Below the pieces are notes generated by a model that saw nothing but the letters and a program-made list of their open reading frames with translations, had not been told where the DNA came from and did not search any database. From the NCBI RefSeq assembly GCF_006345805.1, contig NW_021832171.1:1-31663 (forward strand): 31,663 nt of DNA, read 5' to 3'. Numbering within the stretch: the stretch's first letter is position 1; every line of letters starts with the position of its first letter. Source of the stretch: Octopus sinensis (taxonomy: Eukaryota). This document shows, in pieces, positions 1 through 9,804 of the stretch. The translations under genes and the position numbers were made by a program.

Positions 1-189
1 ATTTTTTTGCCACCAGCGCCTAGTGGGAAAAAATTAAATAGTCATAGACCATTTATAAATTCAACATCAAAATCAAGGAACGGCCATAATAGGCCATTCA
101 CCCACTAGAAATAACAGCCAAAGCTTCAACCGCAAAACAACATTAATTCCGCAAACCAGGAGAAAATTAAAAAAAACATTTACCCTGTA

Positions 190-295
190 GTTCCTTATAC
201 GATGCACCGTTTCATCTATTGTTCAATGGTAAACCAACCTGATTAAATTAAATCAAGCTAGTCTTCCATAGGCCGATAGATTCGTCAGTAAGAAC
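190..295 (-). ncRNA. Type I hammerhead ribozyme motif, family A copy 1
   Basis: Reverse complement reads gttctta-CTGACGA-atctat...atagat-GAAA-cggtgcatcg-TA-taaggaac. All core nucleotides and three stems are present. Confidence 0.8.
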
Positions 296-888
296 AGCCA
301 GATCGGAGCAGTTATTTACACGAGGCACTTCTATCACTGCCTCGGCAATATCTGACCTAAAATTTTCAAATCATCGAACTCGCGCCAAATTCATCGGCAG
401 CAAATATAAGCCGCCGATTCCATTACGGAATTAACCAGAAAATTCAAAATTAATCAATATAGGGTGGCAAAAAATTTCGTAGAATTTTTTTGGCCACCAG
501 CGGCCTAGTGGGAAAAAATTAAATAGTCATAGACCATTTATAAATTCAACGTCATTTAATGTTGTTTTGCGGTTGAAGCTTTGGCTGTTATTTCTAGTGG
601 GTGAATGGCCTATTATGGCCGTTCCTTGATTTTGATGTTGAATTTATAAATGGTCTATGACTATTTAATTTTTTCCCACTAGGCCGCTGGTGGCAAAAAA
701 TTCTACGAAATTTTTTGCCACCCTATATCGATTAATTATGAATTTTCTGGTTAATTCCGAAATGGAATCGGCGGCTTATATTTGCTGCCGATGAATTTGG
801 CGCGAGTGCGATGATTTGAAAATTTTAGGTCAGATATTGCGAGGCAGTGATGGAAGTGCCTCGTGTAAATATCTGCTCCGATCTGGCT

Positions 889-992
889 GTTCTTACTGAC
901 GAATCTATCGGCCTATGGAAGACTAGCTTGATTAATTTAATCAGGTGGTTTACCATTAAACAATAGATGAAACGGTGCATCGTATAAGGAAC
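889..992 (+). ncRNA. Type I hammerhead ribozyme motif, family A copy 2
   Basis: Stem I gttctta(889-895)/taaggaac(985-992); core CTGACGA 896-902; stem II atctat(903-908)/atagat(963-968); GAAA 969-972; near-palindromic stem III cggtgcatcg 973-982. Predicted GUA cleavage after 984. Confidence 0.82.
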
Positions 993-1112
993 TACAGGGT
1001 AAATGTTTTTTTAATTTTCTCCTGGTTTGCGGAATAATGTTGTTTTGCGGTTGAAGCTTGGCTGTTATTCTATAGTGGGTGAATGGCCTATTATGGCCGT
1101 TCCTTGATTTTG

Positions 1113-1143
<31 letters not shown>

Positions 1144-1204
1144 ATAATATATATATATATATATACATACATATATATATCATGCATAGACACGTACACG
1201 CGTT

Positions 1205-1212
<8 letters not shown>

Positions 1213-1244
<32 letters not shown>

Positions 1245-1338
1245 CATAACATCTCGAACTGACATATTTCCTTAGGATGATGATATACTTTTCAAAAAGA
1301 TTACTAACCTTATCATCACTAGATACGTAAATACTAAT

Positions 1339-1388
<50 letters not shown>

Positions 1389-1397
1389 ACACACACA
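1213..1397. repeat. (GT)n and (AC)n microsatellites
   Basis: Visible directly at 1213-1241 and 1341-1397. Confidence 0.95.
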
Positions 1398-1789
1398 ACC
1401 GCTCGTGTATTTGTCTGTGTACAAAAAGTGGGAGAGAGAGACGAGGAGAGGAAGAAGGAGAGTGCAGAGATAAAGAAGGTGACGAAGAAATGATAATGAT
1501 ATTTTGGAAGTGACTGTGGTAATACGTCAGTTGGGAATTAGAACATATCGTATACTTACTTCGGGTCAAATGTTAAAGATTATCTCAGTATTATAGCGTT
1601 TCAAATGATATCGATATATTTTGACAACGTATAATTCTATGTATAAGTAAAATTGATGTTTGTATTAAACATAGGATGATAGACGTCAGAGTAGCCTCAG
1701 GTAAAAATATTTTCCATATCTCGCGTACCCATAGATGTGTGCGGATATGCACACATGTATTATTATATCTGTCTCTCTCTTTCTCTCTG

Positions 1790-1794
1790 TCTAT

Positions 1795-1848
<54 letters not shown>
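1790..1848. repeat. (TATC)n microsatellite without LINE insertion
   Basis: Visible directly. Confidence 0.95.
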
Positions 1849-1849
<1 letters not shown>

Positions 1850-2516
1850 ATATATAGATAAATATTATATATATATATATTGTATATATATATATTTACA
1901 TATACACCATACTACATTATATATATATATATTATATATTATATATATATATATATAATATATATATATAAAGACATATGTACACACACAATATAACACA
2001 CAAAACACTCACATATATAAGAGAGAGAGAGGAGCGATATCGACAGTGAGATTTACATATACATATTCATATTATATGTTCCTTACATAGTTTTTAAAAA
2101 CAATATGGATATAAATATTTAAAATATGAGTTTAGCATAAATACACACATCTTATATGTATATGCGTATATATATAATATATATATATATATATTATATA
2201 TATATATATATATAAGATTATAGATGTATATTATATATATATATACTATGTACATTTATATATATATATATATATATAATTAATTAAGGGAAATTGATAT
2301 TTATCAATTAAGACCAGTGGTCTAGCATATTAAAAAAGAAGTCGAAGATTAAAATATTTATATACAATTAAGGACTGAACACGAAAAGTGGACAGTCAAC
2401 ATGCTAGATATAGACGTCAAATCGCCATTCACCACAAAAGATTATGTTCTCAGATCAAACTCAACACAAAACCATAGCAATAAACAAGTGAAAAATATAC
2501 GAAATAAAATAATTAC

Positions 2517-2585
2517 CCATGTACTAAATTAGTTTCAGTCAGCTGTTATTTTCCGCAAGGAAAACTGCAGCCATCATCAGCATGG
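2517..2585 (-). ncRNA. Type I hammerhead-like motif, family B copy 1
   Basis: Reverse complement reads ccatg-CTGATGA-tggctg...cagctgact-GAAA-ctaatttag-TA-catgg. The base of stem II is imperfect. Confidence 0.6.
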
Positions 2586-3086
2586 TCCGTTATAAATGTA
2601 ATTGATGGACTAGATGCAAACACGATACCGAAATATCGCGTGCATGGAGTTCAGCCTATTACATTAGAATATATCTTTCAAATGCCTCTACTTTGGCGCG
2701 TTGGAACCCGAGAAAACTAGCCTGCAGCTAATAACTAGCAGCAGTTAATTTATCGGTTAGAGAACATATTTATTTATATAAAATTAATTAGGGAAAATTG
2801 ATATTTATCAATTAAGACAGTGGTCTAGCATATTAAAAAAGAATCCGAAGATTAAAATATTTTATATACCAATTAAGGACTGAACACGAAAAGTGGACAG
2901 TCAACATGCTAGATATAGACGTCAAATCGCCATTCACCACCAAAGATTATGTTCTCAGATCAAATCAACACAAAACCATAGCAATGTAATTTGATTAGAT
3001 ATATTCTAATGTATAGGCTGAACTCCATGCACGCGATATTTCGGTATCGTGTTTGCATCTAGTCCATCAATTACATTTATAACGGA

Positions 3087-3150
3087 CCATGCTGATGATG
3101 GCTGCAGTTTTCCTTGCGGAAAATAACAGCTGAACTAATTTAGTACATGG
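3087..3150 (+). ncRNA. Hammerhead-like motif, family B copy 2 (one A missing from GAAA)
   Basis: ccatg-CTGATGA-tggctg...cagct-GAA-ctaatttag-TA-catgg. Confidence 0.45.
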
Positions 3151-3589
3151 GTAATTATTTTATTTCGTATATTTTTCACTTGTTTATGCTATGGTTTTGT
3201 GTTGAGTTTGATCTGAGAACATAATCTTTTGTGGTGAATGGCGATTTGACGTCTATATCTAGCATGTTGACTGTCCACTTTTCGTGTTCAGTCCTTAATT
3301 GGTATATATAAATATTTTAATCTTCGGATTCTTTTTTAATATGCTAGACCACTGGTCTTAATTGATAAATATCAATTTCTACCCTAATTAATTTTATATA
3401 AATAAATATGTTCTCTAACCGATAAATTAACTGCTGCTAGTTATTAGCTGCAGGCTAGTTTTCTCGGGTTCCAACGCGCCAAAGTAGAGGCATTTGAAAG
3501 ATTATTCTAATGTAATAGGCTGAACTCCATGCACGCGATATTTCGGTATCGTGTTTGCATCTAGTCCATCAAATTACATTTATAACGGA

Positions 3590-3653
3590 CCATGCTGATG
3601 ATGGCTGCAGTTTTCCTTGCGGAAAATAACAGCTGAAACTAATTAGTACATGG
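3590..3653 (+). ncRNA. Type I hammerhead-like motif, family B copy 3
   Basis: ccatg(3590-3594)-CTGATGA(3595-3601)-t-ggctg...cagct-GAAA(3635-3638)-ctaattag (perfect palindrome)-TA(3647-3648)-catgg. An inner hairpin ttttcc-ttgc-ggaaaa extends stem II. Confidence 0.65.
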
Positions 3654-3861
3654 GTAATTATTTTATTCGTATATGTTCACTTGTTTATTGCTATGGTTTT
3701 GTGTTGAGTTTGATCTGAGAACATAATTTTTTGTGGTGAATGGCGATTTGACGTCTATATCTAGCATGTTGACTGTCCACTTTTCGTGTTCAGTCCTTAA
3801 TTGGTATATATATATATCTATATATATATATATTATATATATATATATATTATATATATAT

Positions 3862-3904
<43 letters not shown>

Positions 3905-4689
3905 TATACATATATAGATATACTCATAGCTCTATATCCCCATGCTTAATTTGTATGTATGAAGTTGTTTTCTCCTCTATCGTTGAACATGTAAAAAGCT
4001 AAGTGGCTTGTTCCTTTATGGAACCTTGCATAAATGAGAATGACAAAGGATTGTTGGTGGGTTTTTGTTCTATTTCTAGATCTCCCCTAATTACATAATG
4101 AACAAGATTTTTGCCTTTCCGCAGCGATAGCCTCTGCAGTTATCGTGACATCAACGTTGCGGATAAGTCAGAGTGACCTTGAGTTCTTCCAGATTACAAA
4201 GCTTGTTTAAAATATTCCACTTCGGTTTCTGAGATTATCAGTTTCCAGCCGACGACGTGCAGCCCCTGAGGAGTCTGTTACTTAGATTAATGAGATTAAG
4301 AATCAATTCTAAGATTGATAGCATAGAGAAAGAATTACTAAACACCATCCAATAATTTCTAGTTGCTGAAATTCTTCGGTGGGCGATAACAAGAATATAG
4401 CACTTAATATTGATTTTACTGTTTAATTTTTACTGGGACCTAGAATTCATTAAGGTTTGATACCATAGTTTCATGATGTATAAAGTGACCAGTGTCTCAA
4501 TATTTACCTGTTTGTTGTGCGATTCAAGTGCTGTTGTTGTTAAGGAACAAGACGGGTAAGGGTGATTAGATGATGGTCTATATATATAATAATTATTTAA
4601 GGGAATATTATTCCTAACTTACAGGGAAAAGTTCAATTTAGAAATACTGAATCAAATTCCAAAATATATATATATTATATATATAATAT

Positions 4690-4783
<94 letters not shown>

Positions 4784-5043
4784 GAGGATAATATCGATAT
4801 TTAAGTGTCGAAATTATCAAGTGGCCAGCATGAAAGAAATACCTTACAAGGTAAAAAATTTTAACAATTAAAAATGAGGGTGTCTAAAAGGCCCACATGC
4901 CGAATAGCAGTCGAAACTCTGACTATAAAACCACGTTAAATGTTCATATCGCACCATGAGGTAAAGCGGAGGGACAAACATACAAGCAAAAATTATTAAT
5001 AATTCAAGATCCAAGGATTTCTGGTTCTGCTTTAGATAAGCTT
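4784..5043. mobile_element. Fragment D: (AT)n-embedded terminal fragment sharing the terminal hairpin and motif of families A-C
   Basis: ag-gataat-a-tcgatat-ttaa-gtgtcga-a-attatc-a-agtggccagcat lies directly after the AT tract. No hammerhead core seen in this short piece. Confidence 0.5.
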
Positions 5044-5053
5044 TATATATATT

Positions 5054-5103
<50 letters not shown>

Positions 5104-5352
5104 TTAACAATAAGGATAATCTCTTAATAAGGATCTTAACAAGAAATTATCGGGTAGCTAGCGTGAAAACCTCATAAAAGAAAAGAATCCGAAAATATTT
5201 TTTTCTTTTGAACAAATTAATTATATCTATATTGTATAGAGGGCATTATTACACATAAATGCCTCACACTAGGAGGGACAAAGTCATTACTACCAAAAAT
5301 ACTAATCATACCCAAATGCAGTTTTCAAAGCAAGACATTTAAAAAGAATTAT

Positions 5353-5408
5353 GTTCTGTATCACCGTGATTTCACATACAACTTGCGTCTAATGATCGTC
5401 AGCAGAAC
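5353..5408 (-). ncRNA. Minimal type I hammerhead ribozyme motif (56 nt), family C copy 1
   Basis: Reverse complement reads gttctg-CTGACGA-tcat-tagacGCAAgttgt-atgt-GAAA-tcacggtga-TA-cagaac. Stem I is a perfect 6 bp, stem III is near-palindromic, and stem II opens with a U-U mismatch. Confidence 0.75.
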
Positions 5409-5823
5409 TGATTCTGAATACATCATAAATAAACTACCAACCTTACGTAGCGGAGACGAACAGACAATGCTCACTCCGGCCAAGCACATGGAATGTTTAT
5501 AAATCATATATCCGTGTAAATGGCGGGCTTTTTACGAACTGCATGTCGGGTAATGAAAAGTATTTCGGAATAAGTTTAACAATATAAGGATAATCTCTTA
5601 ATAAGGGATCTTAACAAGAAATTATCGGGTAGCTAGCGTGAAAACCTCATAAAAGAAAAGAATCCGAAAATAATTTTTTCTTTTGAACAATTAATTATAT
5701 CTATATTGTATAGAGGGCATTATTACACATAAATGCCTCACACTAGGAGGGACAAAGTCATTTACCAAAAATATACTAATCATCCCAATGCAGTTTTTCA
5801 AGCAAGACATTTAAAAATGATTA

Positions 5824-5879
5824 TTTCTGTATCACCGTGATTTCACATACAACTTGCGTCTAATGATCGTCAGCAGAAC
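5824..5879 (-). ncRNA. Minimal type I hammerhead motif, family C copy 2
   Basis: Same as copy 1, with the distal stem I base altered. Confidence 0.7.
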
Positions 5880-6462
5880 TGATTCTGAATACATCATAAA
5901 TAAACTACCAACCTTACGTAGCGGAGACGAACAGACAACTGCTCACTCCGGCCAAGCACATGGAATGTTTATAAATCATATATCCGGTAATGGCGGGCTT
6001 TTTACGAACTGCATTGTCGGGTAATGAAAAGTATTTCGGAATAAGTTTAACAATTAAGGATAATCTCTTAATAAGGGATCTTACAAGAATTATCGGGTAG
6101 CTAGCGTGAAAACCTCATAAAAGAAAAGAATCCGAAAATAATTTTTTCTTTTGAACAAATTATTATATCTATATTGTATAGAGGGCATTATTACACATAA
6201 ATGCCTCACACTAGGAGGGACAAAGTCATTACTACCAAAATTTACCCGATAATTCTTGTTAAGATCCCTTATTAGAGATTACCTTAATTGTTAAACTTAT
6301 TCCGAAATACTTTTCATTAACCCGACATGCAGTTCGTAAAAAGCCCGCCATTTACCGGATATATAATTTATAAACATTCCATGGTGCTTGGCCGGAGGAG
6401 CAGTTTGTCTGTCGTCTCCGCTACGTAAGGTTGGTAGTTTATTTATGATGTATTCAGAATCA

Positions 6463-6518
6463 GTTCTGCTGACGATCATTAGACGCAAGTTGTAGTGGAC
6501 ATCACGGTGATACAGAAC
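6463..6518 (+). ncRNA. Degenerate hammerhead motif, family C copy 3 (GAAA disrupted)
   Basis: gttctg-CTGACGA...tgtagtggaca-tcacggtga-TA-cagaac; the core GAAA is lost. Confidence 0.45.
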
Positions 6519-6637
6519 ATAATTCATTTTAAATGTCTTGCTTTGAAAAACTGCATTTGGGTATGATTAGTATAATTTTTGGTAGTAATGACTTTGTCCC
6601 TCCTAGTGTGGGCTTTATGTGTAATAATGCCCTCTAT

Positions 6638-6671
<34 letters not shown>

Positions 6672-6684
6672 AAATAAATATGAG

Positions 6685-6972
6685 AGAAAAACACCTTTTA
6701 TCAATTCAAAATGAACAATCAAATTACACCATCTAGAACATTACATATAATAGAAATATTAAAAATTAAAATAACAATAATATACCAATGATTAAGTATA
6801 TTGCAAAATAATAATAAAAACCAGATATATACGTTTTTATTGGTATTTTGCAATTTACTTTATCATTGGTATATATTATTATATTATTTTAAAATTTATA
6901 TTATATGTAATTTTTCTAATGGTGTAATTCAATTGTTCATTTTGAATTGATAACAGGTGGGTTTTTTTTCTA
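6685..6972. repeat. Imperfect foldback (~140-bp arms, 11-nt spacer) embedded in (AT)n
   Basis: ttatcaattcaaaatgaacaat...ttgcaaaata..ataaaaac is mirrored by gtttttat..tattttgcaa...attgttcattttgaattgataa. Spacer is 6822-6832. Confidence 0.85.
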
Positions 6973-7007
<35 letters not shown>

Positions 7008-7056
7008 CATATTATATATATATATATACATATATTATATATATATATATATATAT

Positions 7057-7435
7057 ACTCTTTTACTCTTTTACTTGTTTCATCATTTGAATGCGGCCAT
7101 GCTGGAGCACTGCCTTTAGTCGATCAAATCGACCCCAGGACTTATTCTTTGTAAGCCCAGTACTTATTCTATCGGTCTCTTTTGCCGAACCGCTAATGAC
7201 GGGGACGTAAACACACCAGCATCGGTTGTCAAACAATGCTAGTGGGACAAACACAGACACACAAACACACACACACACACATACATATATATATATACAT
7301 ATATACGACAAGCTTCTTTCAGTTTTCGTCTATCAAATCCACTCACAAGGCATTGGTCGGCCCGGGGCTATAGCAGAAGACACTTGCCCAAGATGCCACG
7401 CAGTGGGACTGAACCCGGAACCATGTGGTTGGTTA
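7057..7435 (-). mobile_element. tRNA-derived SINE, octopus-type, with internal CA/AT microsatellite
   Basis: Reverse complement has a B-box-like ggttcagtccc, body cttgggcaagtgtcttc...gcttacaaagaataagtcctggggtcgatttg...gctccagcatggccgc, and a (gagtaaaa)n tail. Confidence 0.85.
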
Positions 7436-7985
7436 GGGAGACATACAGGCAGATAGACAGGGATATATATATATAAGATTTCCTCGTAAATACGCCTTGT
7501 GTAAGAACACCTTCAAGTCGTAGACATGACTTCGAGGCGTATTGACGAGAAAATTTTGTCATGTATATGAATCATTCTTACGAAATGGCAAAACACATAA
7601 CTTGTATTTTTATGTTCGATATTGTTTAAATTCCCAAGGCTTCTTCTTATTCATAGTTGAATATATAGCTTTATAAATCGTTATTAATTCAAACGAATGG
7701 GGAAATAGCAGGAATGAAACTGAAAATGCGCAGAAAATATATTTGAATTAATTACAATTTAATTACATTTTGAAATACACATTAGATTTTCAAAAGTTTA
7801 TGGTATATAGATTTGTGTTGTGAATTTTGTCTATTATGCTCAGTGCTATAAAATAGTTTGCTTTTAAAGCAGGAATCTTAAACTCATCTGGCGATCGTGC
7901 GAGAAGTTCGCACGAAACGGTTTTCTCCATTGAATATGTTATGACATTTAGAAAAGAGATGTACACAACATATTACCTAGAGACC

Positions 7986-8128
7986 TGTGTGGCATGTAAC
8001 TTGCTAACCAACCACATGGTTCAGTCCCACTGCATGGCAGCTTGTGCAAGTGTCTTTTACTATAGCCTCGGGTCAACCAAAGCCTTGTGAGTGAATTTGG
8101 TAGACAGAAACTGAAAGAAGCCTGTCGT

Positions 8129-8166
<38 letters not shown>

Positions 8167-8411
8167 GCGTGTGTGTGTGTACGGGTATGTTTGTGTGTCT
8201 GTGTTTGGCCCCCCAACATCGCTTGACAACCGATCTCGGTGTGTCTACGTCCCCGTAACCTAGCGGTTCGGCAAAAGAGACCGATAGAATAAGTACTGGG
8301 CTTACAAAGAATAAGTCCTGGGGGTCGATTTGCTCGACTAAAGGTGGTGCTCCAGCATGGCCACAGTCAAATGACTGAAACAAGTAAAAGAAAAAGAAAA
8401 AAAAAGAAAAA
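7986..8411 (+). mobile_element. tRNA-derived SINE, same family as 7057-7435, opposite orientation
   Basis: ggttcagtcccactgc head, the same body, and an A-rich tail caagtaaaagaaaaagaaaa. Confidence 0.85.
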
Positions 8412-8534
8412 ATTATTAAAAGACATTTCACTCCAAACCCTTAAATCATTTCTTGACTAAATACTTTCGACAACAAGCATCTTCTGATTCCCTAAAATGT
8501 GACTATACCTTATAGCAAGTGTTGTAGCGCTTTT

Positions 8535-8700
8535 GATATTTGTAGATATTCTAAAGACACTCAAAACCGGCTAAAAGTGCTATTTCCTTATATGTGATAT
8601 TAGTTGATCTTCTAAAGATATCGGAAGCATGTAAGGTATTATAACAACGCTTGTGATGTTAATTGTTCTTCTGAAAACACTTCAAACTAATCGGAAGCTG
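8535..8700. repeat. Degenerate ~60-bp tandem repeat (3 units)
   Basis: gatatttgtagatattctaaagacac (8535), gatattagttgatcttctaaagatat (8596), gatgttaattgttcttctgaaaacac (8655). Confidence 0.5.
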
Positions 8701-9409
8701 GCGATTTCAAGATTAGTAGATATGTAATCAAAACGCCGACATTGTCACCAATATCGCCATTATCACTCAACTGTTAAACATTTACGCATAGAAAAACTGA
8801 CAGCAGAATGTACTCTGTCAAAAAACAGCATAAAACCAGAATTTGAGAAGTTTTCTTTCCAATTTTCTTTATGCTAAGAAGAGATGGACAAATATTTTTT
8901 GGTGAGAATACGGAAAAAAATATAAACAGTTTTGTGTTAAAATATATTGACGATATCACTTGGGACTCTCTGAAAAGATGTGATAACACATTAAATAATC
9001 AATACCTGCTTGTATGTAGTATTGTTCAGTCTTACAGAACACCCAGTAAGACACCTGAAGTGTACGTGATATTGAAATAAGTGAACACAAAGATCTTAAA
9101 AGGAAACATCAAGTAAATATTAACGCGCTGCGCTGTAGAATCATCAGGTGTTTTAAATATCAATAGTAAAAGCATAACACAATAGCATTGGAATGTTGCA
9201 CCAAAGTTGTGAGAGAGTGTAATCATGGGAAGGAACCATAAATAAATTTAATTTTCGGATATTATTACAAGATGTCATAAATAAGAACATTAAAAAAGAA
9301 ACATTAAAAATCGGATTGATTTGCTAAATAAGTTTTCCTTACTTCGAAGAATACTAGTAACTGAAAATGACGAAAACAAACGCAAATAAACCTCTGTATT
9401 TATTTTTAA

Positions 9410-9590
9410 TCTTTTACATGTTTCTGTTGTTGAACTGCCGCCATGCTGGAGTAGAGTTTTAAAGTGTTTTTGTGAAATATATCGATCTCCATATTCAATT
9501 AAACCTGGTAGTTATTCTTCCGTGTCTTTTGATGATCCGCTAGGTTATACGGACGTAAAGAAAAAAAACAAACATTAATTGTTTAAGCGG
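9410..9590 (-). mobile_element. Diverged 3' half of the same SINE family
   Basis: gccgccatgctggag...ccgctaggttatacggacgtaaa matches the reverse complement of the SINE 3' body. Confidence 0.55.
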
Positions 9591-9614
9591 ACGGGTTAAG
9601 ATGAACACACGCTC

Positions 9615-9761
9615 ACAGTTCCACTACGCGGTACCTTGGGCAAAGCCCTGGGACGACCAATACCTTGGAGGGGATTTTGGTTGAAGCAAACTGTGTAAGA
9701 TCCTCATACACCTACATACACGTGTGTATGTGTGTGTGTGTTTGTATGTATGAGTGTATAT

Positions 9762-9804
<43 letters not shown>

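Larger units (their letters stand above)
1..1114. mobile_element. Family A: ~484-bp tandem repeat with internal inversion, hammerhead-bearing (retrozyme/PLE-like); left end lies outside the window
   Basis: ccaccag at 10 recurs at 494, giving a period of 484. Bases 556-1114 are the reverse complement of unit positions 146->1 then 484->66. The right end abuts (AT)n. No ORF. Confidence 0.8.
2278..3806. mobile_element. Family B: ~504-bp tandem repeat with internal inversion, hammerhead-like motif, flanked by (AT)n on both sides
   Basis: aattaatta(a)ggg at 2278 and 2782. The + arm runs to ~2985; ~2989-3806 is the reverse complement of unit positions ~406->1 then 504->~86. Confidence 0.8.
5103..6643. 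mobile_element. Family C: ~472-bp tandem repeat (2.4 units) plus inverted arm, hammerhead-bearing, flanked by (AT)n on both sides
   Basis: tttaacaat recurs at 5103, 5575 and 6046. The + arm ends at 6240; 6243-6643 is the reverse complement of unit positions 54->1 then 472->~127. Confidence 0.82.

Noticed and set aside
3930-4570. More balanced-GC unique stretch between AT tracts, possible exon or PLE ORF fragment
   Set aside because: No sustained reading frame or recognisable motif found by eye.
1-6643. CRISPR array or plain satellite interpretation of the tandem repeats
   Set aside because: There is no repeat-spacer structure. The arrays are only 2-4 units, inverted internally, ribozyme-bearing and bounded by AT tracts. 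A pure assembly artefact is not excluded for the inversions, but it would not explain three independent hammerhead motifs.
8871-9080. 69-aa ORF containing YIDD (8943-8954), resembling an RT active site
   Set aside because: No flanking RT motifs such as QG..LSP upstream; a four-residue match is expected by chance.
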